From assembly GCA_010093745.1 (NCBI GenBank), contig MU005957.1, forward strand, positions 496,001 to 560,000: a DNA stretch of 64,000 nt, read 5' to 3'. Origin of the DNA: Piedraia hortae CBS 480.64. Lineage: Eukaryota. Under the pieces are notes generated by a model. That model had not been told where the DNA came from. It was given only the letters and a program-made list of their open reading frames with translations, and searched no databases. Shown here piece after piece: positions 10,854 to 22,949 of the stretch (the stretch's first letter is position 1; every line of letters begins with the position of its first letter). The translations under genes were made by a program, and so were the position numbers.

Positions 10854-12977
10854 TGTGAGTACACTAAGACGTGAATAATTGTATAGTTATGTATACTGCA
10901 TACACGAAATGACGTTGTTCATGGTCATCACGTGACACATCCTTCAACTTACCGTCCCATTCATGCGAGGACCTCGCAACGGTCACGCCAACAGATCAAG
11001 ATCTCTGGGAGACCCGCAGTCACTCGCCTCAGTTCCCATGCCTGTGGAAGATGGTAGGGCGGCGAATGCCTCGTCACGTACGTCGGCATCGGATGTGCCC
11101 AAGGAGACACAAACCCGGCGTGAAACATCTACTGTATGTAGGAAGTCTACTTAAGGTGGTGTGGCTGCGTGGTTGCTTGACACAGCTACGCATACCTGGT
11201 ACTAGTCGTTCGGCAACTGTAGTTTCGCGCCGGCTCACAAACTTCTTGCTTCAAAACTGAATGAGCGTCCTCTTGTTCGACTGATTATATTCCTCATGAA
11301 GGGAAGCAATCAGTTTCGGGCGCTGTAGCTGTTGCACTCTACTCTCATCACCCAATATTCATCGTTGGTCACGGATGATCAACACACTGTTTTTCAGTGG
11401 AATAAAACTTCTATCACCAAGTAGAGCTGGGACAGTGCGATGCGCCACAACGAGAATACAAAGACATGGGCGCACACCGTTGGTAGAATGGGTATACCTT
11501 TGTAAAGGGGCAAGAGGCACACTTCCATATCGCTTAAGCATCAGAATGGGCACTTGAATGAACGCGACTGTGAATGCGATGATATTTCATAACTTCAGGT
11601 GAAAGTTGAAATATTTACCGCGTGCCAAGCCATCTCCACTTCCTTAGTCGATCATGAGTCATGGCTCTAGATTACATTGGCCAAAATCACGCCGCATGAG
11701 GTTTACTAACCTCAGTGGATGGAATGAAAATCTGTCAAATCAAGCAATGCGTCCACGCACACTGAGTCATCGTCTAATTTCTGTCAGTATCCTTCGAGAT
11801 GTTTCGTTAAGGCGATTCAGCCACATATGGACGTCATGAGACTGGGATAGTCCAGCTCCAACGTAAACGGCGCACATATAATCGCGTTACATATGTTCAC
11901 GCTTACAAAACCGAGTACATAGCCACTTCTGGCTTCACATTCTCGCTTTAAAGGCCTTTTCCGTTTGCAGACAATGGCGTCTTCCAACCGCTGCCCGGAG
12001 AACGAGATCTCCAGTCGACATGATAAGCCGAAGCTTCCAAACATTGTCATTTCCATTACACCGTCTGCTACGCAACGTCCACAATAACCATGTCAAAGTC
12101 GACCCCTCCAAATACCAACTCCACAAGCATATTCTCTAGATCGTCCTTATATTCCTCCCCACAGCAGCGGCAAGTCAAGTCCCACAATCCCCACATAAAC
12201 CCAACCACGACATGATGCATAAAAGCAACGCATATGCATGACGCCGCGTGCAACCATGCACAGTCACATGCGTGAGGCCCACAGTATGTATAAGCTCTAC
12301 TGGAGAACTCCTCAGTATGCATGAGCTCCACAGTGGGGAAAGAAATTTACAGTGGAGCTCGCGCATAGAGTGGGGAAGGGACACATACTTTCGTACCATT
12401 CCTGTTTGCCATTCACGGTTCGCTGTAGGTTCATTAGATATGTTCAAAAGATTCACATCCACATGCACCATCCCGGATGGATTATACCAGGTCCATGGAC
12501 CCTCTCGACAGGGTAAACCCCGCGAAGACCCAACCAGCGTGACAAATCTCTCTTAACGTCCAAAAGCAACGTGATCCCCACACCTCCGGGTCTCTGCTCA
12601 GCGGAATTACATCCAGCAGATGGCAAGCGGGCCCCATCGCATAAAATAACACATCCTGCCGTACTTCCATCCACAACACCAATGCACACGCAGTGTCACA
12701 CTACTCAAATCCCATGAAACAACAGAAGAGAAAATAGAGGCCATCAAGACCACATCGAAAAACTACGTTAAAACGTTAACCCGTAAGCGTTATACGAAAA
12801 ACTTTTTTTTTAAAAAAAAGGATTTTGCTTTAAAAAGAAAAAATTCAGCCTCTCGAGGCCTTTTGCAGCCGGCTTTTTTTTTTTTTTTTTTATTCGAAAC
12901 ACCGCCATAGAAAAGAAAAAAGAAGCATAAGGCCTGCTAAACCCCCCACATGACAAGCCAGAATTTTCCTCGGCGCA

Positions 12978-14381
12978 TTAGGTGCTGTCGCCAACGAGCG
13001 AGACGACAGGGTTGAAGTTTTGATAAGCGCAGTCACTGCTAATAGCATGGGAGCTGTTGCCAAAGTGGATGGTCTGGCCATTTCGGATAATGGAAACCTG
13101 AGGGGTTACACCGCCGCCGAGTGATGAAGGGAAGGGGACCATGTTCATAACGGGACCCATTCCGTCGGCGTGGAAGTTCCAGTATTGGTTGCTGCCAACA
13201 GACATTGACACGGTGGAAGGTTCCTTGACCAGGGCCCAGGCAAAGACAGCATCCTGCGGATACTGAGTGTTGCGGATCTGCTGGGACGAGCCACCAATGC
13301 AGACGGCAGACTTGGGGTGCACGCGGTGCCAGAAAATGACCTGGTCGTTGAAAATCGGCGGCGGAGAGCCGGTTTTGAGCCAGGTGAGGTAGTACTTGGT
13401 CATGATGCGCCACGGGGAGTGGTCCTGTCCCCAGACATAGGCGCCCATCTCACCCAACTGAATGTAGTCCTTCTTCGACGTGTCGTATTGATCGGGCAGA
13501 TCGCGTAGGTAGTGGGACTCGCAAAAGTCGTTCCAGGTAAGGATCTCAATCAAATCGGGCTGGAATGCATTGTTTCCGACAAGTGATTGAAAGCGAGTGG
13601 GGTAGAGGGTATCGCTGTAGGCCACCCATGAATCGAGCGGATTACCGTTGTTGAGATCCTTGTACTGCCAGGGAGACACGGCCATGATATAGGGCCCAGA
13701 TCGATGGTTGCTCTGAATAGCATTCTTGAATGCCTGGTCAGGCGTGGTGGAAATATTCTGGCCCGTGTTCAACGGCCAAGCCTGCCAGTTAAGATAGCCA
13801 TCAATAGACTTGTAATCCGACATGAGCTTGCTGGCGGAGCCGGTCGGATCATCCTGGGCAGCCAATGAGTACTTGGTGAGGGCGGGCGCAAGCGTGATGT
13901 ACATGTTAGAATAGGCCATGTTGCGCTTCAGGCCAGCGAAGAAGTCATCGCCGTACTGGTCGACCTGATCGCCGCCATAGGTAGAGACAAGAATGTTGTT
14001 GTTCCACTTGTAAGCAGCCTTGCTGCTGGCCGACTTGGTGAGAACGTCCTGCATGTATGTCTGATTCCAGTAGATGTCACATTCCGAGTACGACATGTCA
14101 AAGGAATGCATTAGGGAGAAGCCAACTTGTTCCGCGGCTTCAAAGGCGTCGTCAATGCGGTCCGCCGTCCATGCGAGACCCCATTGGCAGTTGGGGGGAA
14201 TCCAATTGAGGGCGAAGCCATCTATGCCGATGCTCTTGGCGTCGTTCATATCCTGTTTCCACTGGTTGACATCGTAGGCGTAGGCATTCTGCACCATGAA
14301 GTGCGCGAACACATCGGTAGCTACGGCTACCTGAGCCATGGCCACGGCCAAGACGGCCGCAGCGGAAGAGATTACGCGCAT
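12978..14381 (-). CDS. Secreted GH71 alpha-1,3-glucanase (mutanase-like)
   Basis: Signal peptide MRVISS..., then VFAHFMV, GIDGFALN, SFDM, IEILTWNDFCESHY and FWHRVHPK. No CBM24 tail is visible. Confidence 0.92.
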   Translation of the reverse strand: MRVISSAAAVLAVAMAQVAVATDVFAHFMVQNAYAYDVNQWKQDMNDAKSIGIDGFALNWIPPNCQWGLAWTADRIDDAFEAAEQVGFSLMHSFDMSYSECDIYWNQTYMQDVLTKSASSKAAYKWNNNILVSTYGGDQVDQYGDDFFAGLKRNMAYSNMYITLAPALTKYSLAAQDDPTGSASKLMSDYKSIDGYLNWQAWPLNTGQNISTTPDQAFKNAIQSNHRSGPYIMAVSPWQYKDLNNGNPLDSWVAYSDTLYPTRFQSLVGNNAFQPDLIEILTWNDFCESHYLRDLPDQYDTSKKDYIQLGEMGAYVWGQDHSPWRIMTKYYLTWLKTGSPPPIFNDQVIFWHRVHPKSAVCIGGSSQQIRNTQYPQDAVFAWALVKEPSTVSMSVGSNQYWNFHADGMGPVMNMVPFPSSLGGGVTPQVSIIRNGQTIHFGNSSHAISSDCAYQNFNPVVSLVGDST

Positions 14382-15226
14382 CTTTGTCAAGATAGCGCGG
14401 CGGAGATTGGGTATTATTGGAAGCGAGTGCGTCCGTAAGTTTAACGAATGGAAGGGCACGTGTACCAAGAAGGAGCGACTGTGGGTAATGAACGAATGGG
14501 CAACCAGGCCTGCCTCACGGAGGGTGTGTGTGGTGGTGTGGGTGCAAAAGGAAGGGGAGTGCGAGCGGGAATTACTTGAATCAGGAACCAACCCCCAGCG
14601 CGGGGATCATTTCGGCCTCTACCCGCGCCACGGAAGCCCCGGTTACTCACATCTTGTGCCGGGAAATTAGCAGTCAGGGGTGATGTTGTCGCGGCTCGTT
14701 CCGTGACACGCGCGCATGAAACCGGGACAACCTCGGAAACGTTGTCTGGGGACCAATAGCGTGCCCGTGCCTGGGAGCTCTCAGCGTTTGACACGTGTGA
14801 TCACCGTTGATCGACGTTAAATATCTTCTGTAAAACGCAATGCCAACAACATCTCCTCCATAACGGCCAGCGTCATGACGGATTCCAACATTTGGAGCCC
14901 TTTCCACAGTCTTGTTCGCTCTACTAAAAATCGACAGGGGTTCCCTGCACGGCTGCAGCCTTAAATTGGCTGCAGACGCCCGCGGCGCGAACGTTGGTTT
15001 CCGCAACTACGCGTATCATAGGCAGATACGCGAAGTTGCCGGTACACAACACTGCGTATTCTGCAAAACAACCTCGACCTCGTGAATGAGCCAAGTCAAT
15101 TAGAGTAGCGCGAGCCCTGATGACCGACTTCTCTCTTGCCCCAGCCCACCTTGCCTTGCATCCTTGAGGCGCCTTTTTGGCGCGCGCGTAGCTGCGCCGA
15201 GCGTCCAGAACGCTCGAAGCCAGCCA

Positions 15227-16616
15227 CTAAAATCTATTATCTGCTGTGAAAAGCAACGCTGCTAGATAGTGACGGGCCCATAGCGCTAAAAGACCTATAG
15301 CTGCTTGTGCAACCAGAATCTCTGTGGCTAATCGATCCTCCCGCATCGGTCCTCTCCATACGAGCCAAAGGTTCAGAAGCGTGAGGTTGCTGATCATAAT
15401 TACCTGACCCTGTTCGTTCACCGTCACGCAAAGCAACCTCAGCCTCGACAGCCACTTCATCAACTTAGCAACAGCCCAGCGACCTTCTAGATGCGCCATC
15501 GAGGGCTCAAGCAGATTGCTGCGTGGGTTGAACCGAGGCGTTCGATGACGCGGACACGGCACCAACCCAAATAGTTGGGGTGCAGAGTATATGAAATTAA
15601 ATATTTGTGGCATCAACAAAAGAAGCAGTGTTTTGCTGAAGTGGCCCAAAATGCCGACCACGGCAAGCACCATGCCGGCAAAATAGCAGTAAGTGTCACC
15701 GACAAAGACGCGAGCTGGGTACCAATTGGGCCGCAACAGCGCCAACGAGCCGCCTATCAATGGCAGTAACAACGACAGGCTGAAACGATGCGATTCTGCT
15801 GCCGGGTGTGGCTGTGTCACAGTCGGTAGCAAATACAACATGTCGTTGAGGCATATCAAGAGGGCCACGACGATGCACTGGCCGACTTCGATGCCATTTA
15901 TTCCTGCCAAGATGTTGATGCAGTTTGGGCAGAATATGGCCACGGCTGCCATGTAGATGTAGTAGAAGCCGCCGAGATCAATGAGATCGCCCAGAAGGCC
16001 GCGCAGCGGCAGTGGCACCACTACGCGGGTAACTCCAAAATCAACATAGTACAGAGCTAATGTTGGAAGAACTGCAAATGCCGGAATGAAAAACTTGTGT
16101 CGCCATCGCATATCGAATGAGTCGTCCAGGATGCCGAGAATTGTCATTGACGCCAGCGTGCCGTAAGCGAAGCCGTACGACGCCAGTTTCTCCAGTGGGA
16201 ACCGATACAAAAAGCGGCCCGTTTCAACATCATACGTCGACGCGCCCTCTCTCATGTGGTTTTTGAACGCAAAGGGCAGGAAGAAGATTAGTGCAAGGAG
16301 ATATACTAGGGCTACCACGAGACCCATAGTCTCTGGTCTGCGAGGCGTTAGATATCGGTTTAAATTAAGAACTTGACCAAACGTACATCACCACCGCATT
16401 CTTCTTGGCGAGATCCCGTCCTTTGTAGCCCCTGTTGAGAAACACCGGCCCTGTCCATCGGATCAACGCAGATGTAAATGCGAACACGAGTCCGCTAATG
16501 GCCAGAGATGCGTATAGCGGTTCCTCGTCATGATGCCAAGCCTGATATAAAATGGCCAGGGATATAACAGAGAGTCCAGTTAGGTAATACGCCTCCGAGC
16601 GCGACAAGGTCTGCAT
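15227..16616 (-). CDS. ALG7: UDP-GlcNAc:dolichyl-phosphate GlcNAc-1-P transferase (intron 16338-16386)
   Basis: GRDLAK..IPETMG after splicing, GILDD, NCINILAGINGIE, PARVFVGDTYCYFAG, PCPRHRTPR. Confidence 0.95.
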
Positions 16617-16752
16617 TGTAACCGTTGCATTTTAGCAGAAACATGACCAGCTGGCAGCCGGTGATAGACAGGGATGGAGTCGGGGTGTGGGGAACGGGAT
16701 GGGACGGGCCGCACCTTTTCGCGACGTCAAGTTCACAAGGCCGCCAGGAACC

Positions 16753-17844
16753 ATGGAACAGGAATTCCACCGCTTCTTCCATGGCCACAACGACCTGGTA
16801 CTGGCAGTGAGTTATAACGCCTATGGGACACGCTTGGCAACAGCGTCGTCAGATCATCGTGTCCGAGTGTGGGACCGCAATGACCAGACGGGAAAATGGG
16901 ATATCGCTGAAGCCTGGACAGCTCACGATGCCGAAGTGATGGATATCAAGTGGGCAGGGCCGTATGTGGGAGAAATCATTGGCACAGTAGGCGAAGACGG
17001 ACTCGTGCGACTATGGCAAGAGCTTCCGGACAAATCCGGTCGTCGCTTTCGCAAGATATATGAACACGTGTCTCCCACTGACATGCCGTACATGTCACTT
17101 GACTTCAAAAATGTAGGCTGCAGTGTTTTCTTAGCACTCTTCACAGCGGATGGTCATCTCTCGGTCTTGGAACCCGAGGATGGAGAGAAGCTCACTTCGT
17201 GGAGGTCCATGTGGGCTGAACACATATCTAAGGCACCTTTAGGGGGCGAGGAGGCTGGATTCAGACTATGTTGGCATGCCGAAAAGCTCCCTGCATGGCC
17301 AGCTGTACTGGCCGGTCTGGATAGGAAGAGCATGGGGGTTGCTGTTACGGCCGGGGACACTGTGAAGGTCTTTCGCACCGACGCAGAACGTAAGTGGTAT
17401 CTCGCAGCGACGCTGGAAGGCGCAAAGGGTTTAGTACGTGATGTAAGCTGGGCGAACGGTAGTATGCGTGGGTTTGATCTCATAGCCACAGCCAGCAAGG
17501 ATGGCTGTGTTCGAATATACGAGCTGCACACACCGGGGGAAGGCACCCTGTGCACTGTGACATCTACCGTCCAGTCGACAGCTATGAAACCTCGCTCTGG
17601 AATCGGGACTGGCTTGGCAGGAGGTGCCCGTGGACGCAGAGATGATAACGCTGACAGTCCGGGAGCCATAAAGCAAGAGGCTGAGCTCGTGGCCGAGTGG
17701 GAGACGCATAATGGAGCCCCGTGGAGAGTGACTTGGTCTCCCGCCGGAGACGTTTTGGTCTCTGGAGGTGACGACGGCGTTGTCAGGATGTGGAAAAAGG
17801 CCAACGGCAAGTGGCTGGCTGCGGCCGAAGTGGGTGATTGTTAG
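16753..17844 (+). CDS. SEH1: WD40 nucleoporin Seh1
   Basis: GHNDLVLAVSYNAYGTRLATASSDHRVRVWD, VRDVSWANGSMRGFDLIATASKDG, LVSGGDDGVVRMWK. Confidence 0.88.
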   Translation: MEQEFHRFFHGHNDLVLAVSYNAYGTRLATASSDHRVRVWDRNDQTGKWDIAEAWTAHDAEVMDIKWAGPYVGEIIGTVGEDGLVRLWQELPDKSGRRFRKIYEHVSPTDMPYMSLDFKNVGCSVFLALFTADGHLSVLEPEDGEKLTSWRSMWAEHISKAPLGGEEAGFRLCWHAEKLPAWPAVLAGLDRKSMGVAVTAGDTVKVFRTDAERKWYLAATLEGAKGLVRDVSWANGSMRGFDLIATASKDGCVRIYELHTPGEGTLCTVTSTVQSTAMKPRSGIGTGLAGGARGRRDDNADSPGAIKQEAELVAEWETHNGAPWRVTWSPAGDVLVSGGDDGVVRMWKKANGKWLAAAEVGDC

Positions 17845-17869
17845 CTCTACACACACCTCATTAATACAA

Positions 17870-18415
17870 CTACCAGCCCTGTCCCCTCAGCTTCTGCACC
17901 ATCTGCACTGTCGACCTGAAATTTTCCTTGAACCTGGCCCTCCATCGTTCGCTCTTTAGTCTCTTCCTTTTCAGACCCGGCCGCTCATGAAACTTTTGGG
18001 TCCTTGCTTCCTTCCTGACCTTGTTCTGCGCACATTTGACTTCTAGCGCCCTAAAAGATCGGGCCAAGTCCATAGACTTGTCGGGTCTGACATACACCGT
18101 CCTTCCAACGCTGGCATTGAGCTTCATGGGCAAAGGCTTCTCGATCAGGGCCGGCAACGAGGGTTTCGAGGTTTCTCCACCTGCACTGAACGAGTTGAGC
18201 ATACGTTCCACTTGGTCTATTCCCCCGAGTCTGTTTGACCCCAGAGTGCTTTGACTGGATCCCGAGCTAATTGACGATTGGGCAATGGAGTCGATCAGCT
18301 CATCGACACCTGATCGCGCATTATCCTGCGGTCGCCGTGCGCCACATGTAAATGACCGCTGTACTGGCTTCGTAAAGAGCAGCAGCAGCGTTCGCCTGCA
18401 CGCTGTGGCAGCCAT
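17870..18415 (-). CDS. MRP21: Mitochondrial ribosomal protein bS21m
   Basis: Mitochondrial-presequence-like N-terminus. C-terminal S21 motif NKVRKEARTQKFHERPGLKRKRLKSERWRARFK. Confidence 0.88.
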   Translation of the reverse strand: MAATACRRTLLLLFTKPVQRSFTCGARRPQDNARSGVDELIDSIAQSSISSGSSQSTLGSNRLGGIDQVERMLNSFSAGGETSKPSLPALIEKPLPMKLNASVGRTVYVRPDKSMDLARSFRALEVKCAQNKVRKEARTQKFHERPGLKRKRLKSERWRARFKENFRSTVQMVQKLRGQGW

Positions 18416-18580
18416 TATACCGATTGAGAGTTTGCAGTGGCAGTGGCAGCGGGCAGCGGCAGCGACTGGAGGTGAGGTTGACGTGGCCAAAAGTGGTGAC
18501 ATGCTCCTTGACTTGTGGCCACCAGAATAATTTTGCTGGTTGACGCGAAGAAAACCTCCGACGCTACCTCCGACGCTACC

Positions 18581-20449
18581 ATGGCCTTCCACCCACCGCC
18601 ATTTGATTTTTCGGCGCCGGTAATCAGACTTGGCGGTGCACAGCCAAATGACCCAGGCGGCAGAGTCGCACGTCCTGGGCTTGGCCACGATGGCCGCAAT
18701 ATGGACCGCGACCGCGCTGCAGTAAGGGAGAGCATGATGTCGCTACAGCCGCCCACGCGCGAAGAGGTTGCGCGTACAATATTCATTGGTAGCTTGTCGG
18801 ATCAAATCCCGGAGAGCATCATGGAAAGCATCCTGCGCTGCGCAGGCAAGCTCCGGAAGTGGACGCGCGTGAGAGATGCCGACGACAGGCCTTGCAAGTT
18901 TGGATTCGCCGAGTACGAGGACGTTGAGGGTCTGGAGGCTGCGGCGGCCATCTTCGGTGACGGTCTGCAGATTCCGCTGCTGCAGAATGGCGCGCCGGTC
19001 AAGAACGAGGCTGGGGAGCTGCAGACAGCGAACATCCTTGTGGTGGTGGACGAGCAGAGCAAGAGCTACATTGAAGAATGGAAGTCACGGCGCCGAGAGA
19101 CCGAGGCGGCCAGGAACTTTCGACTCGACAGCTGCCATGAGGACCTCAAGCAGTTCATCTCTGCCATGGGCAACGCGTCTGCTCTGGCGGCCAGGACGGA
19201 TATGGGCGACGATACGATCATGAGAAATGGGGAAGCAGATATTGTGACCATCCCGCTGACGCTCGAGGACGAGTTGGCAGATATCCCAGCCGAACAGCGT
19301 GCCCAGGTCGCGGCGGAGATCCGAGCCTTTCGAGATCGGTCCAACAGACGAGACCAGGAGCGACTGCGTCGCGAGGAGGAGTTTGAGCGCGGCAGACGCC
19401 CATCCTCACCTCATTTGGGTCCCTCCGGAGCTCCATCTGGGCCGCGTGGGCAGCAGGTGGCCGGGGCACCTTCGGGTCCAAAGAGCTATCGCGGCGTACA
19501 GATTCCGTCAGACTACCAGAACGGAGTGTCGTTTGTTGCAGCAGGACAGGATGAAGATGCGGAAGAGTCAGATGAAGAGCTTGAGCGACGACGGGAAGCC
19601 AAGAGACGGGAGGAGCTCGAGAAACGATACAATGATGCTGAGAGGCGTCGTCAGAACCGCGAGCGCACACGGGCAATGGCACAGCAGAGGGAAAGTGAGA
19701 GAGAAGAAGCCGAAGAGGCTGAAAACACGCGGCGCAGAGAAGCCCTCGCCCGTCGTCTGCGTAACTTTGACGATGACGAGGAACTCCGGTCCGGCCACGA
19801 GGAGTACTACTACGACCGGTCTAACTGGCAACGGAAGCGCGATATCTTTCGCGAGCGTGAGGAACGTCAGGACGAGCGAGATCGGGAACAAGAGGCGCGG
19901 GAAACGGCTCAGCCGACGAGTGGAAAGGCAGCCTTCAAGATTTCCCTGGGGTCAGCTGCTGCCAAGACCAGAGCTGCTCGGGCCACAGCCCCGAAACGCT
20001 CGACGGCAGATGTCGAAGGGCTGCTCGAAGACGAGGAAGATGCAGCTGCATCCGGCCGCAAAAGGCCAGAGCTCAAGCCACTACCTGAAATCACATCCGA
20101 CCTCACAGACGAGGAAAAGGCGTCCGCACACAAGGCGCTTGCCAGTGAGATTCCTACCGACACAGCTACCCTCTTTGCATGGCCCATCAGGTGGAATCAT
20201 CTGACAAGCAAGATGATGGAGGAGCAGATCAGGCCCTTCGTGGAGAAGAAAGTGGTGGAGTATCTTGGTATAAACGAGGATCTTCTTGTGGATGCTATTG
20301 TGGACGGGCTAAGGGAGAGGAGGGACGCAAAGGACTTGGTGGAGGAAGTGCGGCCGGCTCTGGAAGAGGAAGCCGAGCTGTTGGTCAAGAAGGTGTGGAG
20401 GCTGGCTGTATTCTGGTCCGAGGCGAAGTTCAGGGGTTGGGAGGGCTAA
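18581..20449 (+). CDS. SNU71: U1 snRNP-associated RRM/PWI protein (Snu71/Usp107/RBM25 family)
   Basis: N-terminal RRM (TIFIGSL...CKFGFAEYED), R/E-rich coiled coil, C-terminal PWI domain (IRPFVEKKVVEYLG...KVWRLAVF). Confidence 0.88.
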   Translation: MAFHPPPFDFSAPVIRLGGAQPNDPGGRVARPGLGHDGRNMDRDRAAVRESMMSLQPPTREEVARTIFIGSLSDQIPESIMESILRCAGKLRKWTRVRDADDRPCKFGFAEYEDVEGLEAAAAIFGDGLQIPLLQNGAPVKNEAGELQTANILVVVDEQSKSYIEEWKSRRRETEAARNFRLDSCHEDLKQFISAMGNASALAARTDMGDDTIMRNGEADIVTIPLTLEDELADIPAEQRAQVAAEIRAFRDRSNRRDQERLRREEEFERGRRPSSPHLGPSGAPSGPRGQQVAGAPSGPKSYRGVQIPSDYQNGVSFVAAGQDEDAEESDEELERRREAKRREELEKRYNDAERRRQNRERTRAMAQQRESEREEAEEAENTRRREALARRLRNFDDDEELRSGHEEYYYDRSNWQRKRDIFREREERQDERDREQEARETAQPTSGKAAFKISLGSAAAKTRAARATAPKRSTADVEGLLEDEEDAAASGRKRPELKPLPEITSDLTDEEKASAHKALASEIPTDTATLFAWPIRWNHLTSKMMEEQIRPFVEKKVVEYLGINEDLLVDAIVDGLRERRDAKDLVEEVRPALEEEAELLVKKVWRLAVFWSEAKFRGWEG

Positions 20450-20699
20450 TAGATAATGGCTAATTAATCTACTTCGGGTCGAATACATCGTGTGCGTCTT
20501 GGTGGTCATGTCTTGGCAGCAACGTCAAACCCTGTATCTGCCATCCCTGTAGTGATTACTCCCAAAACAGCAAAGAGCTGCAGCGTCCCCCCACATCGAC
20601 AGCGTCAGTTTTCCCCACATGCATTGTTGGCGCCGTTGCTATTTGTAGCTCCAATCGTAGTCCTTGGCGCGTCGACGCAGCGATACCACACGAAAGCAC

Positions 20700-22594
20700 A
20701 TGATGGTGGATACGCGATCCAAGTCAAGCGACGTAGGCGACAAGGCGAAGCCAAAGCACAAGGCGGAGAAAGAAACCAAGAAAGGAACAAAGGCCGACAC
20801 GGGCGAAAGGATGAGGAACCCCACCGAGGCCGCCGCCGCCACCGCGCGATCCTCGGATTCAGATATGACGCCTGAAAAACCCGTGCGCGAGCGTCTCAAG
20901 AAGGCAACCATTGACACGCCGGCCAGGGACAAGACGCTGACGCCCGACGCCGCGGGGACCGGCAAGGAGAACCAGAGGGTCCAGCGTCAACACACGCGCA
21001 AACGGTCGCGCGAGATCTCGTCAGCTGTGGACAAATGGGAACTCAAGAAAACCAAGCCAGACACAGAGGCCGACGCGGTGGCAGGGACCCTCATGGAAGC
21101 CCCAGACGCCTCTCCTACGGTCAAGCGGAGTAGAATTCATAGCTCAACCGCGGAAGGCGGGGCAGAAGATGACGGAGAGGATAACAGTGGTGACTATGGG
21201 GAGAAAAAGACGGAGGATGATGAAGGCGACAAGGCAGAGGACGGCGGAGAGGCCGTTGGAAAGAAGTCTAACGAGACGGAAGAAGCTAAGCAAACTGCAC
21301 AGCCCAAGGATGCTGCAGAAACAGAGGCTGAGGTAAAGTCTAAAGACACTTCAAAGTCAAAGGACGCGGGCGGCTCGGAAAACGTTCTGGAACCAAAGGA
21401 CGCGAAGCCCGAAGAAGCCGCAGAGCCAAAAGAGGCAGAGTCCAAGGAGCCCAAAGAGCCCAAAGACGCTGATCCTAAAGGCGTAGAGCCAAAGGACGCA
21501 GAGCCAAAGGACTCGAAGCCGAAAGACGCCGCAGAGGCAAAGGACGCAGACTCAGAAGAGTCCACAAAGCCCAAAGACACGAAGTCCAATGACACCAAGC
21601 TCAGAGAGACCAAGCCCGAAGCCAAACAGACGTCAGCCGATGCCTTCGCGCGGTCTGGTTTCAGTGCCCTGGCCAAGAGCAGCACGTCCGGCTTCGGCGC
21701 GTTAGGCCAACAAGCGTCTTCTATCCCCGCCTTTGGCAGCGCAGCAGCTGCTAACACCACCCCAAGCACTGGCAGCAGCAACGGCATCTTTGGCGGGGCT
21801 CTAGGGGCTAAGAGCTCATTCGGTGGCGCTTTGGGGGCCAAAAGCTCATTCGGTAACGCATCTTTCGGCGCCTCTTTCGGCGCCTCACCCTTCGCCGCCG
21901 TCGGAGGAAGCAACACCACACCACTCACATCGTTCGCATCACCATCCGCCGCCTCCCCTTGGAAATCCACATCGACCGTCAAACCACTAGGCGCAACTGC
22001 ATCCCCAGCTGCAGGAAAGCCCGATAACGAGAAAGCCGACGACAATGAAGACAACGAAACAGACAGGAAAGGCACCGATAGCGGTGACAAGCAAGATGCA
22101 CGTTTCAACCCTCTCAACGCGACGGAGACGGGTGAGGAGGGCGAGGAAACCATCTTCACCTGTCGAGCGAAGCTCTACGCTTTCGTAAAACCCGATACTG
22201 AGCAGCAGAAGCAGGAAAGCACAAACGGAGGAAAGGCCGAGTGGCGCGAGCGTGGAGTCGGGACTTTGAGGCTTAATATGACTTATCCACCGGAAGAGGA
22301 AGACAAAGTCGACGACGCAAAAGAAGAGGGCGAGAAAGACCCAACCGAGGAAAAGCAATCCGAAACCGAGGAGAAACCCTCCCAAGAGAACCAACCTTCA
22401 AAGACAACAGCCCGCTTCGTCCTCCGCGCCGACGGCTCGCACAGACTAGTCCTCAACACTCCCATCAAGAAGGAACTGATGTACGGCACACCCAGCGGAG
22501 GAAAGCCGCAGGGCGGCTCATTCTTCTTAATGGGCACGCTGGATGCCAGTACGGGGAAACTAGAAATGTTGCAGTTAAAGGTAAGTGGTCCATC

Positions 22595-22651
<57 letters not shown>

Positions 22652-22745
22652 GGAGAGAGGGATGCTAACGCAAGTGATATAGATGAAGCCGGATTTCGCG
22701 GAACAGTTGTACAACCTCGTTAGACAGGTGCAGACGGAATTGTGA
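20700..22745 (+). CDS. RanBP1-domain protein (Yrb2/RanBP3/Nup2-like; intron 22581-22682)
   Basis: FG-like repeats, then ETGEEGEETIFTCRAKLYAF, WRERGVGTLRLN and ARFVLRADGSHRLVLN. GTAAGT...GCTAAC...TAG intron; last exon MKPDFAEQLYNLVRQVQTEL*. Confidence 0.85.
21300..21620 (+). repeat. Degenerate coding EPKDA-type repeats in the RanBP1-domain gene
   Basis: Repeated gagcc(a/c)aa(a/g)ga(c/g) units encoding EPKDA/EPKEA. Confidence 0.8.
22598..22651. repeat. Compound (TG)20(AG)n microsatellite inside the intron
   Basis: Read directly. It accounts for this intron being 102 nt versus about 45-50 nt for most others. Confidence 0.95.
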
Positions 22746-22949
22746 TTTCTCGAGAGGGGGGATAGCGGGTGGGATGGGGAGTGTATGAGTAGTTGTGTTC
22801 GATTCCACCGGGGGATTAGATGGGAAGTGGGTAGAGATGGTTGTTTATGCTATTCACTTTGTGGTGTTTTATCTCTGTGTCAGGGTCGTTACTTGATTTT
22901 TCGGTTGTTGATGTGGATGATTCGCTGCCGGGATAGGTGGATATCGTTG

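Noticed and set aside
12760..12895. Poly-T/poly-A tracts and a T9A8 palindrome
   Set aside because: They lie in the GH71 3' region. No TSD or element body supports a retroposon tail or MITE.
21194..22159. 321-aa minus-strand ORF
   Set aside because: Antisense shadow of the low-complexity RanBP1-domain gene. The same applies to other overlapping ORFs such as 19299-20204 and 42644-43336.
22797..22815. B-box-like GTTCGATTCC upstream of the array
   Set aside because: No A-box or cloverleaf, it lies in a probable 3' UTR, and a chance match is plausible.
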